From Calditrichia bacterium (GTDB lineage Bacteria > Calditrichota > Calditrichia > JAJRVZ01), in assembly GCA_963796965.1 (NCBI GenBank), contig CAWCNS010000011.1, positions 736,001-800,000 of the forward strand: a DNA stretch of 64,000 nt, given 5' to 3'. The position numbers and the translations under genes are program-made. The notes under the pieces were generated by a model, which was not told the DNA's origin, searched no databases, and saw only the letters and a program-made list of their open reading frames with translations. Of this stretch, positions 12,341 through 23,245 are shown in pieces. Numbering within the stretch: the stretch's first letter is position 1; every line of letters starts with the position of its first letter.

Positions 12341-12561
12341 TTGTCCACGAATTATCCGTCTTTGCCGGATCAGGCTGTGCCTGAAACGAATTTAAAAATA
12401 TTTTTCTCTGAATTTATTCTCGAGATTAGATAATTTACTTTATGTTTTAATTATTCTCTTCGCATTTCTCTTTTCTCTCTTCTAAGGCACTAATCAAGTT
12501 ATCACTATTATTTCTAATTTTGACAAATATTCTTATTAGAATTCGTAAAATTCGTGGATAA
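12341..12561. repeat. Inverted-repeat element, CCACGAATT family, with a hairpin insert in its left arm
   Basis: Left arm ttgtccacgaatta[30-bp insert]aacgaatt and right arm aattcgtaaaattcgtggataa. Confidence 0.7.
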
Positions 12562-12576
12562 GTGTTTCTCCTCTTT

Positions 12577-13749
12577 TTATCCAAGCAGGATATTCCGTAA
12601 GGTCATGGCACCTCGTTTTAATCGCTCTTCGGGTTCTCCTGTAAAACAAATACGAATGTAGTTCTCATATCCTTTACCGAAATCTTCACCTGGTGCAACG
12701 GATACACCCTGTTCAAGACATTCATCTATAATTTGATTATATGTTTTTTTTCCAAAAAATGATTCAATCGAAAAAAAAGTGAAATAGCCTGCTTGCGGGG
12801 TATATTTAAGAAGATCGATAGTTTCAATAAATATATCACGGAGATCCTGATAATGCTGTCGAACCTTAGTCGTCCATTCATGGCGGGTTTTTATTGGCTC
12901 TATCATCATTTGCTGGGCAAACGTCGATGGACTGTATAATTGATGGACCATTGTTTTATTAATATTTTTAATTACGACTTCACTTGCTACAGCATAGCCA
13001 AGTCGCAACCCGGCAAACATATATAGTTTAGAAAAGGTAAAAACGGATATGGTTCGTTCAGAAAATGCAGGCAAAGAGGCGATGCAAATATGATGCTGAT
13101 CATCATAAGTCAATCCGTCATAGGCTTCGTCAGACAAAATCCACAAATTATTAGATGAAGCAAACCCTCCTATCGCATTTATTTGATCTTTAGATAATAC
13201 TTTTCCACTGGGATTATTTGGCGAATTAAAATAGACAGCGGCCGTTTTAGGTGAAATAAATCTATTTAAGTCACTCTCAATATCCAGATCAGGGTTTTCA
13301 TCAAGGGTCATGTAAAATGGGACTTCAACAATCTTTGCCGGGACTGACTTAACCAGTCCGGGAAATATTGGCCAGCAGGGTGTAAAAACGAGAATTTCGT
13401 CCTCCTGATTCAAAACAGTATGCAAAGCAGCACTCAACGCATTGGTCGCCCCCGCTGTCATAAGAATATTATTTATCGTAGATTTAATACCATTATCACT
13501 ATTCAGTTTTTCTTTCAACACTTTTCGCAGCTCAGTAATACCAAAGGTATTGCAATAACGATTGAAATTCTGTCTCGATGCCAAGAATTTTTCAGTCAGG
13601 GGGATATTATAATAGGGTCGCTGATAGGTATCCCCAATATGTAATCGCACCATTTCTGGTCCATAGACGTCCATTTTTTCACGGAATTTTTCAAAAACCG
13701 CATTTTTTATATTGGAAACCTTATAAGAGAATCCTGGAAATTTTGGCAA
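12577..13749 (-). CDS. PLP-dependent class I/II aminotransferase
   Basis: NSPNNPSG, SDEAYD and TFSKLYMFAGLRLGY. Confidence 0.9.
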   Translation of the reverse strand: MPKFPGFSYKVSNIKNAVFEKFREKMDVYGPEMVRLHIGDTYQRPYYNIPLTEKFLASRQNFNRYCNTFGITELRKVLKEKLNSDNGIKSTINNILMTAGATNALSAALHTVLNQEDEILVFTPCWPIFPGLVKSVPAKIVEVPFYMTLDENPDLDIESDLNRFISPKTAAVYFNSPNNPSGKVLSKDQINAIGGFASSNNLWILSDEAYDGLTYDDQHHICIASLPAFSERTISVFTFSKLYMFAGLRLGYAVASEVVIKNINKTMVHQLYSPSTFAQQMMIEPIKTRHEWTTKVRQHYQDLRDIFIETIDLLKYTPQAGYFTFFSIESFFGKKTYNQIIDECLEQGVSVAPGEDFGKGYENYIRICFTGEPEERLKRGAMTLRNILLG

Positions 13750-14047
13750 TGTTAATCCTTGTTAAATGGAAAACCATATGGGAATAAATAAGTTAATAAT
13801 TCCAACCCATAGAGTATAAAATATAAAAGTAATCTGGATAGATTAAAACAATTATTGTAAAATTCATATAATTGCACCAGATTTTTATCCGTAAAGACAC
13901 AAGGAAAAATATAGTCGATAAAGTATTTCAAGAAAAAAGACAAATATAACTTTGTGAACTTTACGCTTATTTTTTTCTTTTGTTTTTATTCTAATATTAT
14001 CTTTGCGGTCGCTGCGGCGATGCGTGATAAATAATAAAAAACAAACT

Positions 14048-14807
14048 ATGAAACTCTATTCACGAATCATTGGCGATGGTGATCCCCTTATCATCATGCA
14101 CGGACTTTTTGGCACCTCCGATAACTGGCTCACCATCGGAAAACAACTTTCTGAAGATCACAAATGTTTTTTACTGGATCTACGCAATCATGGTCGTTCC
14201 CCACATAGTCCGGAATTAAACTATGATGATATGGTAGAGGATTTGTATGAATTTCTGACTGATTTTGGGTTAAGGACCGTGTCAATCATTGGCCATTCAA
14301 TGGGCGGGATGACAGACTATGAAATTTGCTTTTGAATATCCCCACCGTGTTAACAAATTAATTGTTGTGGATATTGCACCAAAATCATATCCTGCCCTAC
14401 ACCAGGATATTCTCTCTGGGTTAAGTGCAATTCCTGTAGAGACAATAAGTTCCAGAAAGGAGGCTGATAGTATTCTGGCCGAATTCATTTCCTCCACCCG
14501 CATCCGGCAGTTTCTATTAAAAAGCCTTTACCGAACAGAGAAAGGTCATTATACCTGGCGTATAAATCTGGACGCCATTGCCGGACATGCGGCTGATATT
14601 GGTCGCGGTGTTTCAACAGAAAAAGTTTATGATCAACCTACATTATTTATTCGGGGTGAACTATCAACCTATCTTACTACGAGCGACATTCCAGAAATAA
14701 AGAAGCGATTTCCAAAGGCCAGGATAGAAACGATACATGAAGGAACCCATTGGCTGCATGCGGAAAAGCCAGATGAGCTGGTAAAAATAATACGAACCTT
14801 TCTTTGA
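14048..14807 (+). CDS. Alpha/beta hydrolase, YbfF-like esterase (frameshift near 14315)
   Basis: HGLFG..DNW, DLRNHGRS, GHSMGG, VDIAP and HWLHAEKP, across two ORFs. Confidence 0.88.
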
Positions 14808-15017
14808 ATTGAATTTATTCTGCTTCTCGCAGCGACACAGCGACGCAACGTCTTTTTAAGGATTAAAACAAAAAACTTCCCGCTTTGAGGATCGATATCC
14901 TAACGACATATCGGTGCTATATTATTCACGAATTAAAGAGACAAAAATTTTCTATCGTTATTAAATAATAAAGATCAGATCACAAATTTTATAAATTTAG
15001 AAAATTAGGAAAATCTT

Positions 15018-15714
15018 ATGCAAGACAAACATCTCATTATTACTGGTGGGACTGGCGGTTTGGGAACAAGTGTCGTTCAATTAGCACTAAAACTTGGTGC
15101 CAAAATCACCGTTCCCTACCATTCTTTGAATGGCGTAGAAGAGTTAAAAAAAAATCTAAAGAGCAATAAAATTGATGAGATTAACTTTGTCTTCGCAGAC
15201 CTGAGAGATGAAACCAAGGTAGTGGAGGTAATTACCTCGATGAAAAAATTGGATATTCTCATTCATCTTGTAGGGGGCTTTGCCATGGGACCAACAACTG
15301 ATTTCTCGATCGAGGAATGGAGAAGACAGATTGAGATGAACATGACAACCACTTTTCTGCTTTGCAAACATTCTTTACGTAGGATGGAAGAAAATGAATA
15401 TGGGCGGATTGTTACCGTCGCTTCACGCACAGCTCTGAATCCTCTAGCGGAGACGACTGCTTACAGCGCTGCCAAGGCGGGCGTACTTAATTTTACCCGA
15501 GCTGTTGCTGAGGAAATGAAAGGCACAGCAATAACCGCGAACTGCATTCTACCAAGTGTAATAGATACACCAGCTAATCGAAAAGCCATGGGTGAGAAAA
15601 ATGCTGATAAGTGGGTCAGGCCAGAATCTTTGGCCGAAGTAATCTGTTTTCTGGCCTCAGAAAAAGCAGCTGACCTGCGGGGTGCAGTCTATACCGGTTT
15701 ATGGTAATATTTAA
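15018..15714 (+). CDS. Short-chain dehydrogenase/reductase
   Basis: ITGGTGGLG, YSAAK and PSVIDTPANR. The last few codons are probably frameshifted (...IPVYGNI*). Confidence 0.9.
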
Positions 15715-15767
15715 TCTGATTAACAATTGGTAATTGCTAATATCAACTTATATGTTCTCCAAAGATA

Positions 15768-18545
15768 TCATTGGGGAAATGGTGTGTTTTTCCCAGCGAT
15801 CAGTTTTACTGGTCCAATCAAACCCGATGGCATCAGCGACCACTTTGAGGCATCAAACTTTTTATAATTGATGTTTACAAAATTTATCTCATGGAATTTC
15901 TTCCATACTACCTTCCTTTCATCAAGATCCTTTATGCGATTAGCCGATAAATTAGTCACCTCAATTTCTAACCTGTTTTCACCCATCTTCAGATATTTTC
16001 CAACAACAAGCCTAAATGGAAAACTCCACAATATGCCCACATTTTCTCCATTTATTTTTATTCGGGCACTTTCATATACAGTCCCCAAATCAAGCGTCCA
16101 TCCATCGGATGTCTGGTTGGGTAAGTTGAACGTGGTCGAATAGCGCGCCGTCCCGGCAAAGCGTTTGCACTCTTTATCGGGAAAATCAGTCCAGGAAACC
16201 AACAGATCGGTTTGATAAGGGGATGGCAATACCGGACCACCATCAACAAAATCAACCTGCCAGTTTGATCCTATCTGCGTCTCATAGTCACTTTCAAAGA
16301 AGTAATTCCAGGATCGTGCTTGTTGTTTCTTGTTAGTAGATGTTTTAAGGATCAACGATTCCCCGGGTTGCAGTTGCAGATACACTTCTGATTTTTCCTT
16401 AAGATTACGTACTCTTGCTTCTCCATATCCTCCGGAAATTGGTTCAAGAATCAATGCTGAAACGAAAGGTTGACTTAATGCTACCCAGTCATCAAGAGCC
16501 CGATCAGATAAATTCGCCAGAAAGTAGTAATATCCATCCTCATGTTTTCGCCGGATAAAGCCAACACCTTTTCTGGCAATAGGTTCTGCCTTCACTTTAG
16601 CAAATGGAAACAATTTCTCCTCATTCGTTCCCAGAATTAATCTGCCCTTACCCAGGTCAGCTGTGTACGTTTCGGTGTCGGTTTGTGTATCAAAATTTAA
16701 TCCACACATACTATTAGACAAGGCTTCCTGTCGATCAATATAATTTGAATAACCCGGAACACTCGTAGGTAATTTGTTGTCAAACAGAATGGTCGCCCCA
16801 CTCTCAGCCAGACCCAGCAATTTATCCCAGGTTTTTTCAGGCATATAGTGACATTCAGGTATCAGGATCGTTTGATAACTTCCACCCTCTAATGTAATCT
16901 TACCATTTTTATAAATTGCGCCTTGTAAGAGATTATCGGAGATATAATCAAAAGTATAGCCATTAGATTTAAGATAATGGGCTAATTCTCCACACCGTTG
17001 TTCCGTAAGCCATTTATTATCATGAACAGTAAGTTTCTGTTCCATTCCCTCTGGATCATGCCAGATATCAAATATCGGCCAATAAAGCAATATATCATTG
17101 GCGGGCTCTCCCGACTGGAGCACAGATTGCACACGTTGGACATAGGTATTTAAAGCAGGTAAATCACGCCAGATGGCATTCTCTTTTTCAAAATGAGTGG
17201 AGGCATAGAAAAGCCATCCCGGCCATTCCGCCTCAGCGGGTGTATAGGCATTGCCATGATAAAAAATGTGATTAATTCCGGCCAGAAAAAGTTGATCTAT
17301 TTCCGGCTTTGCTTGAGACAACGCTGATTTATAATGATCTCGCAGCCATGTGCAGGTTTCAGATGCCACTAACTTTTTCCCGGACACATGGGCGGCAGAG
17401 GACGAAAATTGAAGCACCAACAGATTAGGTGCGTCTTTGGCAATATTTTCCGGCAATCGTCTTAGTCCCGGGATTGCAAATTGTGTTGATCCAAAAGTCT
17501 CAGTTTCAGGAATATCGGCAGTTGCATAAAGATCCAACAAATTTCCTGGCGCGCCGTGGGCCTGATCGCGGGTGGATGAACCAATCTTATGGGACCAATC
17601 TACCCAATTCTTAATATATTTCTGATGTAACTCTGCTAATGTTTGCCGGTAATCGGCTTTTATACGGCTTGTTAATTCCGGCTCCCCATCCCCGAAGAGG
17701 AGAGGCAGATGTTCAGTCAGATCATACCCCCTCCGCGTGCTAAATTCTGATAAGAAATCATCGGTCCAGTTAGCATGATAGTACTCAAAAGAATCATGGT
17801 ATTGTGCGCGTGGGGCAGGCCCGTTGTATTTCTCAAAGGCTTCGTCAAATCGCTGTAAATAGAAATCCAATGATTTCACAGAGAATGGGTCTATTACCAA
17901 TCCTTGATTACCCGGTGCCGCTCGCTTGACTTTTTGTCCGGTTCCACTTTGCCATAGGATATAAACTTTCCAGCTGCCTGCTGGCGCTTTCCAGATGAGT
18001 TCCTTCTCTGAATTAATAGTGTCAGAAAGATCGATAGTCTTGCCCTGCTTAGAAAACGCCTTAGCCAGCACCCAGCCTGAATCACTTAAACTTTCGACAA
18101 TCTGCTTTCCACCCTCTACCTGAATAACCTTACTTTCGATCTTTTTCGCAGCATAGGTCTCAGTAACATGTGATCCGCCAAAGGGCCAGCCAGTGCCGGT
18201 TGTCATATCTACCCACATACCCAACCTGTCTGCTTCCTGCACGGTGTGTTCAAGCATTTTCATCCAATCAGGATTCAAATAATTAATAAATTTATCTTCT
18301 TCTCCTTTTACCCCATAGATGGGTACTATCGTTACACCTCCAATTCCTGCAGCATCCAAATTCTCGAGATTGTAGGTGATGTTTTCCGCATCAACGGCAC
18401 TTCCCATCCACCACCAATAGACACCTGGCCTGTGTTCAATTTTTTCATCCGGCCAGACCTCGTCAGAGGAAAAATTCGAGAGTGAATCACAACCGGCTAA
18501 TATAACCAGGATTAATGAGGTTAGCATTAAATAGCCATGTTTCAT
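15768..18545 (-). CDS. Glycoside hydrolase of GH106/alpha-L-rhamnosidase-like type, lipoprotein
   Basis: Lipobox LAGC, YWWWMG, GTGWPFGG, HDSFE, DIPETETF and a C-terminal GH2-type sugar-binding domain (LDLG.V...ENRLEIEVTN...SGLIGPV). Confidence 0.82.
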   Translation of the reverse strand: MKHGYLMLTSLILVILAGCDSLSNFSSDEVWPDEKIEHRPGVYWWWMGSAVDAENITYNLENLDAAGIGGVTIVPIYGVKGEEDKFINYLNPDWMKMLEHTVQEADRLGMWVDMTTGTGWPFGGSHVTETYAAKKIESKVIQVEGGKQIVESLSDSGWVLAKAFSKQGKTIDLSDTINSEKELIWKAPAGSWKVYILWQSGTGQKVKRAAPGNQGLVIDPFSVKSLDFYLQRFDEAFEKYNGPAPRAQYHDSFEYYHANWTDDFLSEFSTRRGYDLTEHLPLLFGDGEPELTSRIKADYRQTLAELHQKYIKNWVDWSHKIGSSTRDQAHGAPGNLLDLYATADIPETETFGSTQFAIPGLRRLPENIAKDAPNLLVLQFSSSAAHVSGKKLVASETCTWLRDHYKSALSQAKPEIDQLFLAGINHIFYHGNAYTPAEAEWPGWLFYASTHFEKENAIWRDLPALNTYVQRVQSVLQSGEPANDILLYWPIFDIWHDPEGMEQKLTVHDNKWLTEQRCGELAHYLKSNGYTFDYISDNLLQGAIYKNGKITLEGGSYQTILIPECHYMPEKTWDKLLGLAESGATILFDNKLPTSVPGYSNYIDRQEALSNSMCGLNFDTQTDTETYTADLGKGRLILGTNEEKLFPFAKVKAEPIARKGVGFIRRKHEDGYYYFLANLSDRALDDWVALSQPFVSALILEPISGGYGEARVRNLKEKSEVYLQLQPGESLILKTSTNKKQQARSWNYFFESDYETQIGSNWQVDFVDGGPVLPSPYQTDLLVSWTDFPDKECKRFAGTARYSTTFNLPNQTSDGWTLDLGTVYESARIKINGENVGILWSFPFRLVVGKYLKMGENRLEIEVTNLSANRIKDLDERKVVWKKFHEINFVNINYKKFDASKWSLMPSGLIGPVKLIAGKNTPFPQ

Positions 18546-18743
18546 TTTGTATCCCTTCTTGATATAATGTTAATCTCACACAGCGCCGCTGCGTCGCTGC
18601 ACGAAAAATTATATAATCATTTCATATTTTCTGAGAACATGCAGGAAAATCCCTCATGATAACAAAAGAATCTCTATTTGTTCTCTGCGCTACGCCTACC
18701 GGCGGGCAGGTCTCTACGAGAAAAATACAGAGGCGGTGCAAGC

Positions 18744-19871
18744 CTATTTATTAAGTTTACCTGATATCTGAGGGATGGCATCTTTATGTACCAGGTAGGC
18801 CAGAACTTTAAGACGGGAATAATCGGCATGATAGATAAAATAGCCTTTAAATTCACCCTCCCAGGCATCCCTCCAGGAATCTTTTACCAGAAACCAGTCT
18901 TCACCTTTAAAATTTGTATATCCCACAATATGCATTAAATGATCGTCAGTTGTTATCTTTTTATTAAAGCGATAGTCACGCGCCGCCTGGTCAATATAAT
19001 CTCCAGGAATATCATAGTCCGGAATATAACAGACATCCATGGAACCAAGTCTACCCGGTTCCCCTATATCACCATCAATCGCCAGCGAGTAACCCCTTGA
19101 TAAAGCGTCTTTCATTCCCAAATAGAAGAGATCCAATGGCACATTAAAATAGGTAGTCAATCCCAACCAATTGTCCGGCACATCGAGTTTAACAAATTTA
19201 TTAAAGGGAGCATATAAAAAAGAAGTAACTGCGAGATAATCATCCCAGGGCAAATTAACATATTGACGAGCGAAAGATAGCGGCGTGTATTGTTTGCCCT
19301 CATATTCGAATGTAGCAGGAGGGCGTCCCAAATACTTATCAAGAATTTTTGTCAGATTTTTAAGGATTTCCTCTTTCTGCCAAGTGTCTCGAGCAATAAT
19401 TTCATCTTTCAGATCTTCAATCTCAGATTCCAGGGCTTTATGATTGTATTTTCCTGAAAATGCTACCTGCCCTTGATAAGCCTCATCGGGCATGATACCA
19501 TAGGTCTGAATTATTTCCAATACAGTTGGAAATAAATCACCGGGACTGAATCTGGACTTACCCTTTGTTTCAACAAAATACTTTCCTTTTTCAAGAAAAG
19601 CATGATATACGGGAAACATAACCGCCAGTTTTATCGATTTTCCATTAATACGATACATTTCAGATTCAATTAATGAAAGTGTCGAGAAGCTCCAACAGGC
19701 GTTTGTTGTATCCTGATTCACCGGTGGTAAATGATAAATTGGATTAAAAAGCGCCAAAGATCCGGGTTTCTCATAGGGGATTTTATCAGCAGGGTCACCA
19801 GCCGCTAAATTTTTAAGAATTAAAACCGTTACTGTTGTAATTATAAGGACATATAAAGATCTTTGTGTCAT
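18744..19871 (-). CDS. C1-family (papain-like) cysteine aminopeptidase, secreted
   Basis: Catalytic motifs Q..TNACWSFS, TDDHLMHIVG and VKDSW. Confidence 0.85.
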   Translation of the reverse strand: MTQRSLYVLIITTVTVLILKNLAAGDPADKIPYEKPGSLALFNPIYHLPPVNQDTTNACWSFSTLSLIESEMYRINGKSIKLAVMFPVYHAFLEKGKYFVETKGKSRFSPGDLFPTVLEIIQTYGIMPDEAYQGQVAFSGKYNHKALESEIEDLKDEIIARDTWQKEEILKNLTKILDKYLGRPPATFEYEGKQYTPLSFARQYVNLPWDDYLAVTSFLYAPFNKFVKLDVPDNWLGLTTYFNVPLDLFYLGMKDALSRGYSLAIDGDIGEPGRLGSMDVCYIPDYDIPGDYIDQAARDYRFNKKITTDDHLMHIVGYTNFKGEDWFLVKDSWRDAWEGEFKGYFIYHADYSRLKVLAYLVHKDAIPQISGKLNK

Positions 19872-20298
19872 AATTTGAACCCAATTTTATCTTATTAGTA
19901 TAGAATTTATTTAATCTTCAGGATATAGACGATAAAATATACCTCCCGTGTTTCATAGATACAAGATCTGTAATTCCTAAATTTTTTATTTCCCAACACC
20001 TCTCGCAAGAACTTGGAAATCTCCGATCTTGCATCTTACCAATATAATTTTTAACCTTAAGTTCTAATTGCTTAAACATCTCAAAACAGTATCCACAGGC
20101 TACACGAATTTATAAGAACATTACCTATTTTTTTAGATTACCGTTTTGATGATTAGGAATATCAATACTAATAATCCCAAAAATTGGAATTTTAATTCGT
20201 GTTTGTAAAAACCTAACCCGCTTTCGGCGGATTACTATGCTTAATTTTCATTTCGTTCTAAACCTGTTAATACTTACTCAAAAGGTTTTCTCATACTC

Positions 20299-21078
20299 GT
20301 GATAGTCACCTATCTAATTATATTACTCACTGGCATGTCCGTGGGAATAGTATCCACAATTTTTGGCGTTGGCGGCGGTATTATTATGGTTCCCCTTTTA
20401 AGTTTGATTCTCCCTTTTAGCCATATTGAGGCCGTGGCAACCAGTTTGGCAACAATCGTATTTGTGGCAAGTTTCAATACCTATAATTTTTCCAAAAAGG
20501 GTGTTATTGTGTGGGCCATTGTTCCATGGATTGCCGTTGCATCATCATTCTTTGCTTTTCTCTCCGCCAGGCTTTCTACTTATTTACCAGAATTTGTATT
20601 GATCCTGGTATTTTTACTCTTTCTCTTCTATACGGCCATTCGAACATTCCTCATAAAAAAAGATGACGGTCAAGAATTATCCGGGGAGCATCCGAGATGG
20701 ATACCAATTGGAATCGGAACTGTCAGTGGTATGATTTCGGGTCTCACTGGAATTGGGGGAGGTGGAATTACCACACCAATGATGCTGGTAACAAAGTTAG
20801 TTAAAAATATACAAGCAGCTCCAACTTCTAATGCGATCATGATTTTCACTACTTTTTTTTCCAGTTTGGCCTTTGCAATTGCCCAAACAGATCTGTCGGA
20901 TGCCTTTATGCTGGGATATATTCATCTCGATACCGCATTTCTCCTATTTATAGGAAGTGCATCAGTATCCAGATTTGGCGTTTCACGTAATCATAGGGTA
21001 ACACTATTCTGGCGCAAGACAGTACTGGGACTTTTATTAATGTTTATCTGTATCCGATTGCTTTATCTACTGATTTGA
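20299..21078 (+). CDS. TSUP/TauE-SafE family transporter
   Basis: Twofold GVGGG/GIGGG motifs, A.ATSL and a very hydrophobic sequence. Confidence 0.88.
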   Translation: MIVTYLIILLTGMSVGIVSTIFGVGGGIIMVPLLSLILPFSHIEAVATSLATIVFVASFNTYNFSKKGVIVWAIVPWIAVASSFFAFLSARLSTYLPEFVLILVFLLFLFYTAIRTFLIKKDDGQELSGEHPRWIPIGIGTVSGMISGLTGIGGGGITTPMMLVTKLVKNIQAAPTSNAIMIFTTFFSSLAFAIAQTDLSDAFMLGYIHLDTAFLLFIGSASVSRFGVSRNHRVTLFWRKTVLGLLLMFICIRLLYLLI

Positions 21079-21289
21079 TCTTCTTTTCCACATCGCGTAG
21101 AGACGCTCCCAATGGAATGCCTTGGTCAAATAATAATTCAAGGCCCCCAGGCAGTTGGAGAGATTAAAATCATCCTATGATTTAATTTATATGTTGTTTT
21201 AAATATTAAAAAAGTATGACATTCCAAAATATTGTTCATCAAAAATTATAGGGAATTCCCTGCGGCATTATCTGAGAAATTTATATAAC

Positions 21290-22267
21290 ATGAATCACAC
21301 CCATCATCTCTACCCTATGGATTGTATTGAAGGTGCAAAAAAACATCTTCAAGATAATTCTGTGGATTTGATAATCACCGATCCACCTTATGGCATTAAA
21401 GGGGATAAAATACATGTCCATTATAACCGGAAAGAAAAGAATGTTATCGATGGCTATGTTGAAGTGCCCCTTGAACAATATGCAGAATTCAGCCATAAGT
21501 GGATCAATGAAGCAGTACGCGTTCTGCGCCCAGGGGGTAGTCTCTACATCGTTTCCGGATATTCAAATCTGACAGATATTCTTATCACCCTGCGTGATAC
21601 AGAACTGGTTGCGGTAAATCATTTAATCTGGAAATATAATTTCGGCGTTTATACTTCTAAAAAATTTATATCTTCTCATTATCATATTCTCTATTACACG
21701 AAACCAGGCGGTTTGGTGACATTTAATAACCACTCCCGATTTGGGTCTGATGAGAAAGACGAACAAGGAGGTTCTTTAAATTACCGTGACCGCGAAGATG
21801 TTTGGCTTATTAATCGTGAATATAAACACGGAGAAATAAAAAATAAGAATGAACTGCCCATGGAATTAATCATTAAAATGATGCAATACAGTAGTAATGA
21901 GGGAGACCTTGTTGCTGATTTCTTTCTTGGAGGTTTTAGCACTGCAAAGGTAGCACTTGGCATGAACCGCTCGATGGTTGGATTTGAAATCAATTCTAAA
22001 GCTTTTAATCATCATATACAGGAATTTTCACTGATAAAACAAGGCTATCTTCTCGATTCACTTAGAAAAGGAAACGGTACTCTTCCCAAAAATCTAAGAA
22101 AAAGGTGGACAGAAAATGAAAAAAAAAGGTTACAAAAAAGATTTAATGTGCTGTACCAACAATTTCGAAATAAACGTCAGTCAATAAGAATTCTTGAACA
22201 AGAATTCGAGCGCGGATACTTTGCCATTTTAAGACAATTAGAAAAAACAGTCAGACCCAAAAAATAA
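21290..22267 (+). CDS. Orphan beta-class N4/N6 DNA methyltransferase with a C-terminal extension
   Basis: DLIITDPPY (motif IV) precedes DFFLGGFST (motif I). No restriction endonuclease gene is adjacent. Confidence 0.88.
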   Translation: MNHTHHLYPMDCIEGAKKHLQDNSVDLIITDPPYGIKGDKIHVHYNRKEKNVIDGYVEVPLEQYAEFSHKWINEAVRVLRPGGSLYIVSGYSNLTDILITLRDTELVAVNHLIWKYNFGVYTSKKFISSHYHILYYTKPGGLVTFNNHSRFGSDEKDEQGGSLNYRDREDVWLINREYKHGEIKNKNELPMELIIKMMQYSSNEGDLVADFFLGGFSTAKVALGMNRSMVGFEINSKAFNHHIQEFSLIKQGYLLDSLRKGNGTLPKNLRKRWTENEKKRLQKRFNVLYQQFRNKRQSIRILEQEFERGYFAILRQLEKTVRPKK

Positions 22268-22488
22268 TTAAAGGAAATCAGTTTAACTCTGTTTCGAAAT
22301 CACGAATACCAAACACGCACTCCCTATAATTCAACAAAATATTTATTAAATTGTTAGAATATTTTTACTTAATAAATCGTTATCTAGGTCAAATCTATTT
22401 TGAGTATCCAGATTAGAAGGATTTACATCATAATAAAATAAAAGAGAACAAAGTTCTCACTTTAATTTTACCTAAAAAGGAGAAGATA

Positions 22489-23028
22489 ATGAAAGGATCA
22501 ATTAAGATTATTACGATGCTTGTATTGAGCATTTTTGCGGCGAACCTGGCCTATTCACATTGCCAGGTGCCATGTGGGATCTACGGTGATCAGTTGCGTA
22601 TAGAACTTTTAAAAGAGCATGTTACAACTATTGAAAAAGCAATGAATCAAATCAATGAGTTGTCCAGAAATCCTGGCGCCAACATGAACCAGCTGGTTCG
22701 ATGGGTAGAAAATAAAGATAAACATGCTGATGAATTTACAGAAATCATCACTTATTATTTTCTTGCTCAAAGAATTAAGATTAAGGATCCAGGAAATTCA
22801 AAAGAATTCCAGGATTATCAGAAAAAATTAACTTATCTTCACCAAATGATGGTGTTTTCAATGAAAGCAAAACAGACAACTGATCTTAAGAACACGAGTA
22901 AATTAAAACAATTGGTTGAGGAATTTGCAGGTATTTATTTCAGCCCGGAAGATTTAAAACATTTAAAATCACGTCAGCCTCATGGTCAATCTGGAAAATC
23001 CGGATCATCTGGATCATCTGGACGTTAA
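22489..23028 (+). CDS. sodN: Nickel superoxide dismutase precursor
   Basis: Ni-hook HCQVPCGIY directly after a signal-like peptide, plus NQLVRWV..K..HA and YFLAQRIK. Confidence 0.93.
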   Translation: MKGSIKIITMLVLSIFAANLAYSHCQVPCGIYGDQLRIELLKEHVTTIEKAMNQINELSRNPGANMNQLVRWVENKDKHADEFTEIITYYFLAQRIKIKDPGNSKEFQDYQKKLTYLHQMMVFSMKAKQTTDLKNTSKLKQLVEEFAGIYFSPEDLKHLKSRQPHGQSGKSGSSGSSGR

Positions 23029-23087
23029 TCACTTATCTAATATCTTGAGGTTTTCGAGAAAGGCCATGACTTCTAAATATTTTTTTG

Positions 23088-23173
23088 TTCGTGGTCTTTG
23101 TGTCTACATCGTGGTACTTCGTGATATAACAACATCTCACGAAGTACCACAAAATTATCACGAGAATCACGAA
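23088..23173. repeat. Inverted-repeat element (CACGAAG units, arms facing opposite to the other copies)
   Basis: Perfect 14-bp core gtggtacttcgtga / tcacgaagtaccac inside imperfect arms of about 37 bp. Confidence 0.8.
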
Positions 23174-23245
23174 GCAATAATAATAATTGCAATCCTATAA
23201 ATCCTGTTATCCTAAAAAAATAGTGGAATGGTGTAGACGCAAATA

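Noticed and set aside
21088..21125. cgtagagacgc... resembling a GTAG-type REP
   Set aside because: Only one half is recognisable, with no complementary arm or RAYT gene, so it is too degenerate to call.
22982..23200. 72-aa ORF after sodN
   Set aside because: It reads through a 9-bp repeat and a palindromic element and has no RBS or protein-like features.
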